DNA from: Candidatus Omnitrophota bacterium
GTDB lineage: Bacteria; Omnitrophota; Gorgyraeia; Gygaellales; Profunditerraquicolaceae
Direction: 5' to 3'
Length of the DNA stretch: 64,000 nucleotides
Assembly (NCBI GenBank): GCA_041651115.1
Contig: JBAZJY010000001.1
Coordinates: 197,165 to 261,164 of the forward strand
Position 1 is the first letter of the stretch. Every line of letters starts with the position of its first letter. The translations under genes were made by a program, and so were the position numbers. Positions 47,685-58,288 of the stretch are shown here, one piece after another. The notes under the pieces were generated by a model. It did not search any database, was not told where the DNA came from, and was given only the letters and a program-made list of their open reading frames with translations.

Positions 47685-47870
47685 TTTATGCTTCAGGCCT
47701 TTGTTCGCGCGCTGCAAACATCTTGCCGTCGGCTGCGGTTTACGGCTCGCTATCAGGCATACTTTCGTAACATGAAAGCTTCCGCTCGCCGTAAGCCCTT
47801 GCCGACTGATCTCTAAAGCGAATTGGCAAGAGTTTACAATGCGCGCTCACAAAACCCTTCGCATAAGCAT
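47685..47870 (+). repeat. Dispersed ~188 bp nested-palindrome element, copy B
   Basis: TTTATGCTTCAGGCCTTTGTTCGCGCGCTGCAAACATCTTGCCGTCGGCTGCGGTTTACGGCTCGC...CTTCGCATAAGCA. It is collinear with copy A, with a few substitutions and small indels. Confidence 0.8.
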
Positions 47871-47971
47871 AGCAATTCATTTAACCGGCAAATGCTTAAT
47901 ACATTAAAAGGCTTGCAAAAGGGCGGGGTTTAGGATAAAATACTGCACAATAAACGCTTAAGGGAGCATCT

Positions 47972-48631
47972 GTGAAAATTTTCATCGATACCGCGAATAT
48001 CAAAGAGATCAGGGAGGCAGCAAGCCTCGGTTTAATAGACGGCGTAACAACCAACCCGACCTTGGTAGCGAAGGAAAACCGGCATTACCCGGAATTATTA
48101 AAAGAGATATGCGGCATAGTATCCGGCCCGGTGAGCGCGGAAGTGATCAGCCTTGATGCCGGGGGTATGGTCAATGAGGCCCGCCAGTTAGCCAAGATCG
48201 CAAAAAATATCGTCATCAAGATCCCTCTTGTGAAAGAAGGCCTTAAGGCGGTGAAGGTTTTGAGCGCCGAAGGCATAAAAACTAATGTTACGCTCTGTTT
48301 TTCCGCGACGCAGGCATTGCTGTGCGCCAAGACCGGGGCTGATTATGTGTCGCCGTTCATCGGCAGGTTTGACGACATCTCGCAGGAAGGGATGAATCTG
48401 ATCCGGGACATCAAGCAGATCTATTCCAATTACGGTTTCAAGACTGAGATAATCGTTGCCAGCATCCGCAATCCACTGCATGTTTTAGACGCGGCAAAAA
48501 CCGGCGCCGATGTGGCCACTGTGCCGTTTGCGGTCATTGAACAGTTGATAAAACATCCATTAACAGACATAGGCGTGCAAAGGTTCCTTGACGATTACAA
48601 GAAAATCCCTCAGAACAATAATGCTGGATAA
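47972..48631 (+). CDS. Transaldolase / fructose-6-phosphate aldolase (short Fsa/TalC type)
   Basis: The GTG start gives [16 protein letters not shown]...GVTTNPTL. The Schiff-base lysine region is IKIPLVKEG. Confidence 0.82.
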   Translation: MKIFIDTANIKEIREAASLGLIDGVTTNPTLVAKENRHYPELLKEICGIVSGPVSAEVISLDAGGMVNEARQLAKIAKNIVIKIPLVKEGLKAVKVLSAEGIKTNVTLCFSATQALLCAKTGADYVSPFIGRFDDISQEGMNLIRDIKQIYSNYGFKTEIIVASIRNPLHVLDAAKTGADVATVPFAVIEQLIKHPLTDIGVQRFLDDYKKIPQNNNAG

Positions 48632-50822
48632 GAGAAGCTATTTTTCCGCGCTGCTGTTTTCTGTTTTTTTTCTCCTTGCCTGCCCGGTAATTTGCCCGGC
48701 TGAGCAGGACATGAAAGAGCCGGTCACCGTAAACGGCGATAACGTAGAATATTCCACCGATAGCAAAGAAGTCACCGCATCAGGCAACGTTTCAATAATC
48801 TACAAAGATACGAAGCTCACCTGCGAGCATATTAAGATCAATACCGAAACCAAAGACGCCGAAGCAACCGGTAATGTCCGCCTGGAAGATAAAAAAGGCG
48901 TCATTGAAGGCGAAAAAATAAAATACAATTTCCAGAATAAGACCGGAGTAATCACCGATGCCAGTTTCCGTTCTTCCCCTTATTTCGGCAGGGCGGAAAG
49001 TATGGATAAGATCAGCGACAGTGAGTTTATCGGCCACCGCTCCTATGTCACGACCTGCAGTTATGACCATCCGCATTACCGTCTAAAGTCAAAGAAGGTG
49101 GATTTTTTTCCGGGAGACAAAGTTGCGATAAAAGATGTTGTTTTCAGCTTTGGCCAGGATAAGCAAATACCGGTAATGTATTTCCCGGGTTTTGAACAGA
49201 GTTTTAAAAAAGACCGTTTGACGCACACGCAGTTTACCGGCGGCAAGAGTAAAGACTGGGGTTACTATTTGCTTACTGCTACCAAATACCATATTACCGA
49301 TAACATAAGGGGAAGGATCTACCTTGATTACCGTAATTACCTTGGCGTAGCCGAAGGTTTTATCACAAACTATGATACCAAAGCAGCCGGAACAGGAGAT
49401 TTTAAATTCTATTATACGCAGGAGCGCGATAAGTCCGGAAGGTTGGGTAAGGACGTTAATGCGCCGAAAGTATTCCAGAGATACCTGGTGCGCTGGCGCC
49501 ATAAATGGGATATAGGCCCGCGGACAAATTTCGTCAGCCAATATTATAAGATCATTGATTCAAGGCGGGCGCTTTACGGCGCAAGCAATAGTTTCCTTAA
49601 AGATTATTTTCCCCGCGAGTTTGATAAGGACACGCAGCCGCCGTCATATGCCCAGCTGCATCATTCTTTCAATTACTCCGGGATAGACGTTGTTTTTCAG
49701 AAGCGTATTAACCGCTGGTACGACTCGCCGCAGCTGGATGCGCACCTGGAAAAATTGCCGCAAATTTCCTACAGCATGCCTTCTATACGAGTCGGCGAAA
49801 CCCCGTTCTTTTTTGAGACCGGATCTTCGTTTTCCAATTTCGCTTATAAGTACACTGTCCCCTCCAGCAATGATTTTACTATGGTCCGGGTGGATACCCT
49901 GAATAAATTTTCCATGCCGGTGAAGGTCGCTTTCCTGTATTTCACGCCGTTTGTCGCCAGCCGCCAGACTTATTACAATGAGGATATTAACGGCGCGGCA
50001 ATCGCCCCGCGGACAATATTTTACACGGGCGCCGACCTTAGCACGAAATTCTACCGCATCTTTGACGTTAATTCTAATTTCCTCGGCATCGAGCTCAACG
50101 GTTTGCGGCACATTATTACGCCTACCGTAAGCTATACCTATAACCGCCAACCGACGATAAAGAGCTCACGGCTTAAACAGATAGACGCGGTGGATGCCAT
50201 CGGCTACAATAATTCGGTTGCCATCGGCCTGCAAAATAAGCTGCAGACAAAGCGCAAGAATAAAACCATTGACCTGCTTGATTTCCGGATCGATACCGGC
50301 TATATGCTTTACGGGATTGATACAGCTACGAACAGTAAGCTACACGGGCAGCTTTCGGATTTTACCTTGAACCTTGACTTTTTTCCTAACTCATTCATGA
50401 AGCTGCACGCAGATTCAATTTACACCACGAAAGAAAAATTTTTTAAACAGGTAAATGCCGATGTGAATTTTAGTTTCAGCACCGATACTTACCTGAGCCT
50501 GGGCCACCGCTATGAGAGAAAAGGCAGCAAGGAAATGACCTTTACTGCCGGCTTGAGATTAAATCCTAAATGGAAGATTGCCTTTTACGATAGGTACCAG
50601 TTCGGCAACACAACGACGATCAAAGGCGGTTTGCGAGAGCAGCGCGTTACCATTACCCGGGACCTGCATTGCTGGGAAACAGAGCTTACCTTAGATGACG
50701 AGAAGGGCAAGGGCACGACGATCTGGTGGGTATTCAGGCTGAAGGCCTTTCCTGAGCTTGAATTTGACTTTAACAAGAGTTATAATGCCCCTAAACCCGG
50801 TTCTCAGTCCAACAATATTTAG
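48621..50822 (+). CDS. lptD: LPS-assembly protein LptD (OstA family)
   Basis: It has a signal peptide and an N-terminal OstA domain (VNGDNVEYS...[22 protein letters not shown]). It is followed by about 600 aa of beta-rich sequence ending in an aromatic-rich C-terminus. Confidence 0.7.
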   Translation: MLDKRSYFSALLFSVFFLLACPVICPAEQDMKEPVTVNGDNVEYSTDSKEVTASGNVSIIYKDTKLTCEHIKINTETKDAEATGNVRLEDKKGVIEGEKIKYNFQNKTGVITDASFRSSPYFGRAESMDKISDSEFIGHRSYVTTCSYDHPHYRLKSKKVDFFPGDKVAIKDVVFSFGQDKQIPVMYFPGFEQSFKKDRLTHTQFTGGKSKDWGYYLLTATKYHITDNIRGRIYLDYRNYLGVAEGFITNYDTKAAGTGDFKFYYTQERDKSGRLGKDVNAPKVFQRYLVRWRHKWDIGPRTNFVSQYYKIIDSRRALYGASNSFLKDYFPREFDKDTQPPSYAQLHHSFNYSGIDVVFQKRINRWYDSPQLDAHLEKLPQISYSMPSIRVGETPFFFETGSSFSNFAYKYTVPSSNDFTMVRVDTLNKFSMPVKVAFLYFTPFVASRQTYYNEDINGAAIAPRTIFYTGADLSTKFYRIFDVNSNFLGIELNGLRHIITPTVSYTYNRQPTIKSSRLKQIDAVDAIGYNNSVAIGLQNKLQTKRKNKTIDLLDFRIDTGYMLYGIDTATNSKLHGQLSDFTLNLDFFPNSFMKLHADSIYTTKEKFFKQVNADVNFSFSTDTYLSLGHRYERKGSKEMTFTAGLRLNPKWKIAFYDRYQFGNTTTIKGGLREQRVTITRDLHCWETELTLDDEKGKGTTIWWVFRLKAFPELEFDFNKSYNAPKPGSQSNNI

Positions 50823-50894
50823 GGACGGTTCTCAAGTCAAGATAAAAGTGTCCCCATAAAAGGGACACTTCTAACTTGTTTTGAGAACCGTCCC
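50822..50894 (+). terminator. Compound perfect hairpin after lptD (14 bp outer stem with a 9 bp inner stem-loop)
   Basis: GGGACGGTTCTCAA...AAGTGTCCC-CATAAAA-GGGACACTT...TTGAGAACCGTCCC. Confidence 0.45.
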
Positions 50895-50911
50895 TATTAA
50901 GGAAGGTGCAC

Positions 50912-52222
50912 ATGAACATATCCATAATCGGTTCAGGCTATGTCGGCCTTGTCACGGGCGCATGTTTTTCCGAATTAGGCAACCGGGTTATCTGCGCTGA
51001 CAGCGATGCGAAAAAGATAGAGGGATTAAAGAAAGGCCTGGTCCCGATCTATGAACCCGGGCTTAAAGAGATGATCGCGATAAACATGAAAGATAAGCGG
51101 TTAAAGTTTACCGCCAGCATAAAAGAGGCGGTAAAATCTTCAGAGATCATTTTTATCGCGGTAGGCACGCCTTCTTTAAAGAACGGTGACGCCGACCTGA
51201 CCGGCATAGAAAACGTGGCGCGCAACATTGCCATGAACATGCCGGGATACCGGCTGATCGTGGAAAAATCCACTGTCCCGGTTGAAACCGGTATCTGGGT
51301 CAAGCATACAATCGAAACCTATATCCGCTCTAAGAACAAATTTGACGTTGCCTCTAACCCGGAGTTTCTGCGCGAGGGGCAGGCAATAAATGATTTTATG
51401 CACCCGGACAGGATCGTCATCGGCGTGGAGTCAAAAAAAGCAAGGGATATCCTGGCAGGGCTTTATAAGCCGCTGAACGCGCCGATGGTGTTTACCGATA
51501 TCAGGTCGGCGGAACTTATTAAACATGCCTCAAATTCATTCCTGGCGACAAAGATCTCTTTTATTAACGCGGTTTCCCGTATTTGCGATAAGGTGGGAGC
51601 GGATATCTCGGAAGTTAGCCGCGGCATCGGGTTGGATAGGCGCATCGGCGCTTCTTTTTTAAACGCCGGTATAGGATATGGCGGTTCCTGTTTTCCCAAA
51701 GACCTCGACGCGTTCATTACCATCTCTGAAAAGCTCGGTTACAATTTTAAACTGCTTGAAGCGGTAAGGCAGGTTAATCAGCAGCAGAAAGATTTCTTTT
51801 TAAGCAAAATAAAAGATTGCCTGTGGATAATCAAGGATAAGACTATCGGCGTGCTGGGTTTATCGTTTAAGCCGGATACGGATGATATCCGTAATGCCCC
51901 GGCGCTGGACATCATTAACAGCCTGCTCTCTGAAGGGGCGATATTAAAGGTATATGATCCGCAGGCAATGAAGAAAGCAGGAGAAATATTCGGTAAAGCG
52001 CTAAAATTCTGCCGGGACCCCTATGAAGCTGCCAAGTCTTGCGACTGTTTGATCGTCCTGACCGAGTGGGATGAATTCAAGGAACTTGATTTCGCCAGCG
52101 TTAGAAAAATGATGAAACGGCCGCTGGTGATCGATGGCCGCAATATCTATGATCCCCAGGCAATGAAAAAGTCAGGTTTTACATATGTCAGCATAGGCAG
52201 AAAAAAAGTTTCGCATAAATGA
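50912..52222 (+). CDS. ugd: UDP-glucose 6-dehydrogenase
   Basis: IIGSGYVGLVTGACFSELG is the NAD-binding motif. The catalytic GGSCFPKD is present. Confidence 0.85.
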   Translation: MNISIIGSGYVGLVTGACFSELGNRVICADSDAKKIEGLKKGLVPIYEPGLKEMIAINMKDKRLKFTASIKEAVKSSEIIFIAVGTPSLKNGDADLTGIENVARNIAMNMPGYRLIVEKSTVPVETGIWVKHTIETYIRSKNKFDVASNPEFLREGQAINDFMHPDRIVIGVESKKARDILAGLYKPLNAPMVFTDIRSAELIKHASNSFLATKISFINAVSRICDKVGADISEVSRGIGLDRRIGASFLNAGIGYGGSCFPKDLDAFITISEKLGYNFKLLEAVRQVNQQQKDFFLSKIKDCLWIIKDKTIGVLGLSFKPDTDDIRNAPALDIINSLLSEGAILKVYDPQAMKKAGEIFGKALKFCRDPYEAAKSCDCLIVLTEWDEFKELDFASVRKMMKRPLVIDGRNIYDPQAMKKSGFTYVSIGRKKVSHK

Positions 52223-53532
52223 TGGGCAGTTATATAAAAGAATTTGAAGAGAGAGTAAACAAGCGTAAAATCAAAATTGCCGTAGTCGGGCTGGGTTATG
52301 TCGGCTTACCCCTGGCAGTGGAATTTGCCAAAAAGGGATTCAGCGTAACCGGCATTGACCTGGATGCAGGCCGCGTGCAAGGGGTCAGGGAAAAGAAGTC
52401 GTATATCACGGATATTTCAGATAAAGATTTAAAGCAGGTTGTCGTTTCGGGAAAATTACGTCCGGAAAGCAGTTTTTCTCTTCTTAAGCATTGCGACGCA
52501 GTATTTATCTGCGTGCCAACTCCGTTAAAACGAAAGTACCACCCCGATATATCCTTTATTAAAGCCGCTGTAAGCCAAGCCGCGAAGAACATAAAGCACC
52601 AGGCGCTGGTGATCGTAGAAAGTACGACTTACCCGGGCACTACTGAAGAGGTTATCCTTCCGATGCTTGAGGCAGGAGGCAGGAGGCAGAGCAGGGATTT
52701 TTATCTATGTTTTTCTCCTGAACGGGTAGACCCCGGGAATAAAGAATTTTCTTTACGCCGGATACCTAAGGTGATCGGAGGAATAGATGCCAATGCCAGC
52801 CATTTAGGCAGGATTGTTTATTCCGCAGTGATGGATAAGGTAGTGGTAGTTTCCAGCACGCGTATTGCCGAGGCAGTAAAACTTTTGGAGAATACTTTCC
52901 GTATCGTTAATATCGGCTTAATAGATGAAATGGCGATGATGGCCCACAGGATGGGTATGGATATCTGGGAGATCATCAATGCGGCGTCAACTAAGCCTTT
53001 CGGATTTATGCCGTTTTTTCCCGGCCCCGGAGTAGGCGGGCATTGCATACCAAAAGACCCGCTTTATTTATATTGGAAAGCAAAGGGCTATGGATTCAAA
53101 TCGCGGTTCATTAAGCTTGCCTCCGATACCATTAACCATATGCCGGCTTATGTCGTAAGCAGAGTGCGCAGCCTTTTGGAACAAAATAGAAAAAAGTTTA
53201 CGAAAAATAAAGTGCTTGTTTTGGGCGTTACCTATAAGCAGGACATTAAGGATTTGCGTAAATCTCCGGCTTTGGATATTATCAGTATTCTGCAAAAGGA
53301 CAAAGTTCATGTTACGTATCATGATCCGCTCATTCCTTATTTAAAAATGGGGGACATTGATCTCAAGTCCGTAAAGCTTACCGCGGCGAATCTAAAGGGG
53401 TTTGATTGCGTTATTATTGCCACAGGCCATTCGTCTGTGAATTACCGTTTTATCCTGGAAAATTCGCGATCCATTTTTGATACGCGTAATGTCTACAAGG
53501 GAATAAAGAATAAGAAAATATTCAAACTTTGA
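52219..53532 (+). CDS. Nucleotide-sugar dehydrogenase (UDP-N-acetylhexosamine dehydrogenase, WecC/WbpA/TviB-like)
   Basis: [16 protein letters not shown] is the NAD-binding motif. The catalytic GGHCIPKD is present. Confidence 0.78.
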   Translation: MMGSYIKEFEERVNKRKIKIAVVGLGYVGLPLAVEFAKKGFSVTGIDLDAGRVQGVREKKSYITDISDKDLKQVVVSGKLRPESSFSLLKHCDAVFICVPTPLKRKYHPDISFIKAAVSQAAKNIKHQALVIVESTTYPGTTEEVILPMLEAGGRRQSRDFYLCFSPERVDPGNKEFSLRRIPKVIGGIDANASHLGRIVYSAVMDKVVVVSSTRIAEAVKLLENTFRIVNIGLIDEMAMMAHRMGMDIWEIINAASTKPFGFMPFFPGPGVGGHCIPKDPLYLYWKAKGYGFKSRFIKLASDTINHMPAYVVSRVRSLLEQNRKKFTKNKVLVLGVTYKQDIKDLRKSPALDIISILQKDKVHVTYHDPLIPYLKMGDIDLKSVKLTAANLKGFDCVIIATGHSSVNYRFILENSRSIFDTRNVYKGIKNKKIFKL

Positions 53533-53539
53533 GGCGGAT

Positions 53540-54478
53540 ATGACAAAAAAAACAGTAGTGATTACCGGGGGCGCCGGCTTTATCGGCTCACACCTTTGCG
53601 ACAGGTTGATCGGCGAAGGTTTCCGGGTTATCTGCGTTGATAACCTGATTACCGGGACCCGGAGCAATATCAGCCACTTGCTTAAGAATAAGGATTTTAG
53701 CTTTATCAGGCAGGACGCCGCGGAATATCTGCGCATAAAGGGTGATGTCTGGGCGGTTTTACATTTTGCCTCGCTTGCTTCCCCGGTTGATTATTTGCGT
53801 TTTCCGATCGAAACGCTCAAGGCTGGTTCTGCAGCTACGCATAATGCTTTAGGGTTGGCAAAAGCAAAAAAAGCAAGGTTTATGCTTGCTTCTACTTCTG
53901 AGGTTTATGGGGATCCGCTGGTGCATCCGCAGGCGGAAAGCTATTGGGGTAATGTTAATCCGGTGGGGGTAAGGGGTTGTTATGACGAATCAAAACGTTT
54001 TGCCGAAGCCCTGACCATGGCCTATCTGCGGGTGCATAAACTGGATACGCGGATCGTAAGGATTTTTAACACTTATGGCGAAAGGATGCGTATTAATGAC
54101 GGCAGGGTAGTGCCGAATTTCATCTTTCAGGCGCTCCACCGCAAGCCGCTGACGGTTTACGGCAATGGCAGCCAAACGCGTTCATTCTGTTATGTTTCCG
54201 ACCTGGTCGAGGGGATTTACCGGCTGATGCTTTCCCGTTGTCATGAGCCGGTGAATTTAGGCAATCCCGACGAATTCACGATATTGGAGTTCGCCAAGAT
54301 AGTTTCGCGTATTGCCGCGACAAAGGCAAAGATCGCCTTTAAGCCGCTGCCGCAGGATGACCCAAGGCAGAGGCGGCCGGATATCTCCAGGGCAAAAAGA
54401 ATACTTAAGTGGCAGCCACAGGTAAAACTTGCCGAAGGCGTAGTCAAAACAATGGAGTGGTTGAAGCTGCAGCAATAA
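53540..54478 (+). CDS. UDP-glucuronate decarboxylase (UDP-xylose synthase, SDR family)
   Basis: [16 protein letters not shown] and the YDESKRFAE catalytic YxxxK are present. Similarity to UXS is high. Confidence 0.8.
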   Translation: MTKKTVVITGGAGFIGSHLCDRLIGEGFRVICVDNLITGTRSNISHLLKNKDFSFIRQDAAEYLRIKGDVWAVLHFASLASPVDYLRFPIETLKAGSAATHNALGLAKAKKARFMLASTSEVYGDPLVHPQAESYWGNVNPVGVRGCYDESKRFAEALTMAYLRVHKLDTRIVRIFNTYGERMRINDGRVVPNFIFQALHRKPLTVYGNGSQTRSFCYVSDLVEGIYRLMLSRCHEPVNLGNPDEFTILEFAKIVSRIAATKAKIAFKPLPQDDPRQRRPDISRAKRILKWQPQVKLAEGVVKTMEWLKLQQ

Positions 54479-54486
54479 TTTTGTGC

Positions 54487-54515
54487 TTGACAAAGCTTAG
54501 CCGGGATGATATAAA
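54487..54515 (+). promoter_or_regulatory. Sigma70-type promoter for the orphan pilin
   Basis: TTGACA-17 nt-TATAAA. An AAAGGAGG Shine-Dalgarno sequence lies before the ATG at 54572. Confidence 0.5.
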
Positions 54516-54571
54516 ATTGCTGGATCAGGGATTAATATAATAAGTTACATTAGAAAGGAGGCAACAAAATC

Positions 54572-54967
54572 ATGAGAAGAAGAGGTTTTACGTTAGTAGA
54601 AATCATGATCGTTGTGGCAATTATCGCGTTGTTAGCAGCAATCGCAATACCGAACCTTTTACGCGCACGGCTTACTGCTAATGAAACAACCGCGCAAGCA
54701 ACATTAAGGACAGTATCAACCGCAATAGAGACTTTTGCCGCGGCAAATAACGGGACTTATCCGGATGCCATGGCTGACTTGACCGGTGCAAATCCGCCCT
54801 ATCTTAATGAAGACTATACGGCAGCTGCGCAGTCAGGTTATGTTTATACTGTTCCTACGTGGACATCAGCCTACTGTGTTCAGGCAGCGCCTGAAGTAGC
54901 AGGGCAGGGAAGGACATTCAGAATCAGGGGCGGCGGCGTGCTTGAAGAAGGCGCCTGCGGCGCATAG
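54572..54967 (+). CDS. Type IV pilin/pseudopilin (orphan)
   Basis: RRGFTLVEIMIVVAIIALLAAIAIPNLL is a canonical prepilin motif. 131 aa. Its own promoter and terminator flank it. Confidence 0.78.
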   Translation: MRRRGFTLVEIMIVVAIIALLAAIAIPNLLRARLTANETTAQATLRTVSTAIETFAAANNGTYPDAMADLTGANPPYLNEDYTAAAQSGYVYTVPTWTSAYCVQAAPEVAGQGRTFRIRGGGVLEEGACGA

Positions 54968-55003
54968 TCGTAAGTAGCATAATTAGAATAACAGCTTCTT
55001 AGT

Positions 55004-55039
55004 GAGGGCGAGGCAAAAAAGCTTCGCCCTCATTTTTTC
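55004..55039 (+). terminator. Rho-independent terminator
   Basis: GAGGGCGAGG-CAAAAAAGC-TTCGCCCTC followed by ATTTTTTC. Confidence 0.7.
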
Positions 55040-55050
55040 GGAGGGCAGAT

Positions 55051-56511
55051 TTGGATACCTATTTTGATGGTTTCCGGATCGCAAGATTGCTGCTACAACG
55101 TTCATTGGCCGGTATTTACCTGGTTGCATTCATTGCGGCGCTTAACCAGTTCCCCGCGCTTTTAGGGGAAAACGGGCTCCTGCCGGTAGCTGATTTTATT
55201 AAACATTCGCCTTTTAAGGCCTCTCCCAATATTTTCTACCTGCATTATTCCGACCAATTCCTTATGCTTATTGCCGCTGCGGGGATCGTCCTTTCGTTAT
55301 CAGCGCTTTTCGGCATATCGGAAAGCGGCTCGTGGTGGCTGTCAACCGGGATATGGTTTTTCCTCTGGGTACTGTATCTTTCTATTGTTAATGTCGGGCA
55401 GACCTTCTATAGTTTTGGCTGGGAAACAATGCTGCTTGAGGCCGGATTTTTTGCCGCTTTCCTTGGGCCTTCCAGGTTCCAGGCTTCGGTAATTCCCATA
55501 CTTATTCTGCGCTGGATGCTCTTCCGGGTAGAGTTAGGCGCCGGACTGATTAAATTACGCAGCGACCCCTGCTGGCGGGACCTGACCTGCCTGTTTTATC
55601 ACTACGAAACCCAGCCTTTGCCTAATCCCTTGAGTTGGTATTTTCATTATCTCCCAAAATTTCTTCATGCGATTAGCGTGTTGTTCAGCCATTTTGTCCA
55701 GGTGATCGTGCCGTTTGGCCTGTTCGGGCCGCAAAAGATCGCGGCAATTTCCGGCGGGCTGATCATATTTCACCAGTTCTTGCTGATAATCAGCGGCAAC
55801 TATTCCTGGCTTAACTGGCTGACGGTTGTACTGGGGTTGTCGGCTTTCAGCGATTCCATATTTGGAAAGCTTATCCGCTTCAACGTTGCGACACCCATAG
55901 CGCGGCCGCAATTTTATAACGCCTTACTGTGCGGCCTTGCCGCTTTCACCGTGATCTTAAGTATTCTGCCGGTATCCAACCTTTTTTCACGCCGCCAAAT
56001 GATGAATTATAGTTATAATCCCTTGCGTCTGGTAAATACTTATGGCGCGTTCGGGAGCATGACCAAGGAAAGGTATGAGATTGTAATTGAAGGCACAGAT
56101 GCATCCGGGATGCTTGCGCAGGCAGAATGGAAGGAATATGGATTTATGGCTAAGCCGGGAGATGTCCGGAGGCTTCCGCCGCAAATAGCGCCTTACCATT
56201 TACGGCTCGATTGGTTAATGTGGTTTTTGCCTTTTTCCGTCACGATCGCCGATAATCATATCATTGTCCCGGGATATGAGCTTTGGTTTATGCGGTTTAT
56301 TCAAAAATTACTGCAGGGTGATAAAAAAACACTTAAACTTTTAAGGATTAATCCCTTCCCCGGTCAACCGCCTCGTTTTATCCGGGCCAGGTTTTACCGG
56401 TATAGATATACCGATCCGGGGGAGAGGAAGAATACCGGCAATTGGTGGAGGCGAGATTTTGTTGATGACTATCTGTCTCCGGTTGCGCTGCCGGAAAGAA
56501 CCGGAGATTGA
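55051..56511 (+). CDS. Polytopic membrane protein, lipase maturation factor (LMF/DUF1222)-like
   Basis: 486 aa with about 9 transmembrane segments. The resemblance to the LMF1 family is from recall, not from a search. Confidence 0.45.
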   Translation: MDTYFDGFRIARLLLQRSLAGIYLVAFIAALNQFPALLGENGLLPVADFIKHSPFKASPNIFYLHYSDQFLMLIAAAGIVLSLSALFGISESGSWWLSTGIWFFLWVLYLSIVNVGQTFYSFGWETMLLEAGFFAAFLGPSRFQASVIPILILRWMLFRVELGAGLIKLRSDPCWRDLTCLFYHYETQPLPNPLSWYFHYLPKFLHAISVLFSHFVQVIVPFGLFGPQKIAAISGGLIIFHQFLLIISGNYSWLNWLTVVLGLSAFSDSIFGKLIRFNVATPIARPQFYNALLCGLAAFTVILSILPVSNLFSRRQMMNYSYNPLRLVNTYGAFGSMTKERYEIVIEGTDASGMLAQAEWKEYGFMAKPGDVRRLPPQIAPYHLRLDWLMWFLPFSVTIADNHIIVPGYELWFMRFIQKLLQGDKKTLKLLRINPFPGQPPRFIRARFYRYRYTDPGERKNTGNWWRRDFVDDYLSPVALPERTGD

Positions 56512-56514
56512 TCC

Positions 56515-57348
56515 ATGCCGGTTATATATAGGAGGATTATGTTAAGGCTGTTAATATATGCTGTTATCATCGTCGTATTTTTTATTGCCTATACGCGTTT
56601 CCTTGAGCGGACAATGATCTTTTATCCGTCAAAAGAGATGAACTTCAAGCCTTCGGATATGGGCCTTGAGTATGAAGACGTATTCTTTGTTTCGGCGGAC
56701 GGCCAAAAGATCAACGGATGGTTTATCCCGGCAAAGCAGGCCTATGCGACGGTGTTGTATTTTCACGGCAACGCCGGCAATATCAGCCATCGCGTGGAAA
56801 TCGGCCGTATGTTCCACGATAAGAATATGGATATTTTTATGATTGATTACCGCGGCTTTGGCAAGAGCAGCGGCCGGCCGCAGGAAAAAGGAGTGTATCT
56901 TGACGGTTTAGCAGCGTATGAGTATCTGGTGAAAACAAGGAAAATCACCCCGGGAAAGATCGTTATTTTCGGCAAGTCATTAGGAGTGGCTATTGCGGTT
57001 GAAGTGGCTTCAAAAGTACCTGCAGGGGCGCTGATCTGTGAAAGCGGGTTTACCTCAACGCGCGACTTTGCCCGGCAGGCGTATTCTTTCCTGCCTTTCT
57101 GGTTGTGCGTAAGCCAAAGATTTGATTCGCTGGAAAAGATCAACAGGGTGAAAATGCCGAAATTGATCATCCATAGCCTGGATGATGAGATCGTGCCTTT
57201 TAGCCACGGTAAAAAATTATTTGAGCGGGCCACAGAACCAAAGGAATTCTATGAAATGCATGGTGGGCATAACGACGCTTTTTATGTCTATGGCGGCGAA
57301 TGTATGCAAAGGATTGAAGAATTTATCAGGCAGAGCTTGCGGCCGTAA
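56515..57348 (+). CDS. Alpha/beta hydrolase (ABHD/S9-like) with N-terminal membrane anchor
   Basis: It has the HGNAGN oxyanion region, the GKSLG nucleophile elbow, and distal D and H residues. Confidence 0.72.
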   Translation: MPVIYRRIMLRLLIYAVIIVVFFIAYTRFLERTMIFYPSKEMNFKPSDMGLEYEDVFFVSADGQKINGWFIPAKQAYATVLYFHGNAGNISHRVEIGRMFHDKNMDIFMIDYRGFGKSSGRPQEKGVYLDGLAAYEYLVKTRKITPGKIVIFGKSLGVAIAVEVASKVPAGALICESGFTSTRDFARQAYSFLPFWLCVSQRFDSLEKINRVKMPKLIIHSLDDEIVPFSHGKKLFERATEPKEFYEMHGGHNDAFYVYGGECMQRIEEFIRQSLRP

Positions 57349-57378
57349 GCAGCTTACCGAATTTCCCCAATATTTCCC

Positions 57379-57407
57379 TTTGCGAAAACTTTTTTTTATG
57401 ATACAAT
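57379..57407 (+). promoter_or_regulatory. Sigma70 promoter with extended -10 ahead of pilus cluster 2
   Basis: TTGCGA-16/17 nt-TGaTACAAT. Confidence 0.45.
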
Positions 57408-57441
57408 CTTCGTAACTATCAGAAAATAAGGTGACTTACAT

Positions 57442-57855
57442 ATGAACAATAAAGCACGCAGTTTTGTTACAATAATGATCATTGCCGCGCTTTGCGCGCT
57501 GATTTTACGGATCGCCCTTGAGCAGTTTATTAAGCGCAGCGTGGTCCAGAATGAAGCAGTTGCCGTCAGCACGCTTAAACTTGTTTCCGCGGCTTTGGAG
57601 AGCTACGCCAAGAATAACCGCGGGATTTTCCCTTCCAGCCTTGAGCCCCTGACAAAAACAACGCCGATATACCTTGACCGGGATTATATAAAGGAATCGC
57701 CGATAAAAGGGTATACCTATACCTGCTCAAAGCTTGACAGCTCGGGCTACAATTGTTCGGCCAACCCGGTCACGTGCATGATGAGCGGCAGCACCGTGTA
57801 TAATATCTCAACCGGCGGTTTATTTGTTTCTGAAGGCTGCATTAAAGACGAATGA
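57442..57855 (+). CDS. Pilin-like protein with degenerate class III signal (no Gly at -1, no Glu at +5)
   Basis: KARSFVTIMIIAALCALIL is followed by AVAVSTLKLVSAALESYA, which matches the alpha1-helix of neighbouring pilins. It is Cys-rich at the C-terminus. Confidence 0.45.
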   Translation: MNNKARSFVTIMIIAALCALILRIALEQFIKRSVVQNEAVAVSTLKLVSAALESYAKNNRGIFPSSLEPLTKTTPIYLDRDYIKESPIKGYTYTCSKLDSSGYNCSANPVTCMMSGSTVYNISTGGLFVSEGCIKDE

Positions 57856-57856
57856 T

Positions 57857-58288
57857 ATGAAGCGGGGATTTACGATTGTCGAGATAATGGTCGTGGTGGG
57901 GATCATCATGATCCTGGTCGTGATCGCCGCGCCGGGTATCATGCGTTCGCGCATCGTGGGTAACGAAGCAGCAGCGGTGGCAAACTTAAGGACGTTAAAC
58001 AACGCTTGCCAGATGTATCATATCAATATCGAGGCTTATCCTGACAGCCTGCAGGACATGGCTGAACCACAGGCCAATCCGCCGTATCTTGATCCGGTGC
58101 TGGCAACCGGCCGCAAACAGGGATATGAATTCATCTATAGCCTGCTTGACGCAGACCGTTTTACGGTAAACGCCAACCCGACAACCAGCGGGCTGCTTAA
58201 GGGCAGGTATTTTTTTATGAACGAGACAGGAGTGATCCGGTCAAATCCTACGCAACCCGCCGGCCCAGATGATGAAATTGTTAAATAA
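57857..58288 (+). CDS. Type IV pilin/major pseudopilin
   Basis: MKRGFTIVEIMVVVGIIMILVVIAAPGI. Confidence 0.75.
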   Translation: MKRGFTIVEIMVVVGIIMILVVIAAPGIMRSRIVGNEAAAVANLRTLNNACQMYHINIEAYPDSLQDMAEPQANPPYLDPVLATGRKQGYEFIYSLLDADRFTVNANPTTSGLLKGRYFFMNETGVIRSNPTQPAGPDDEIVK

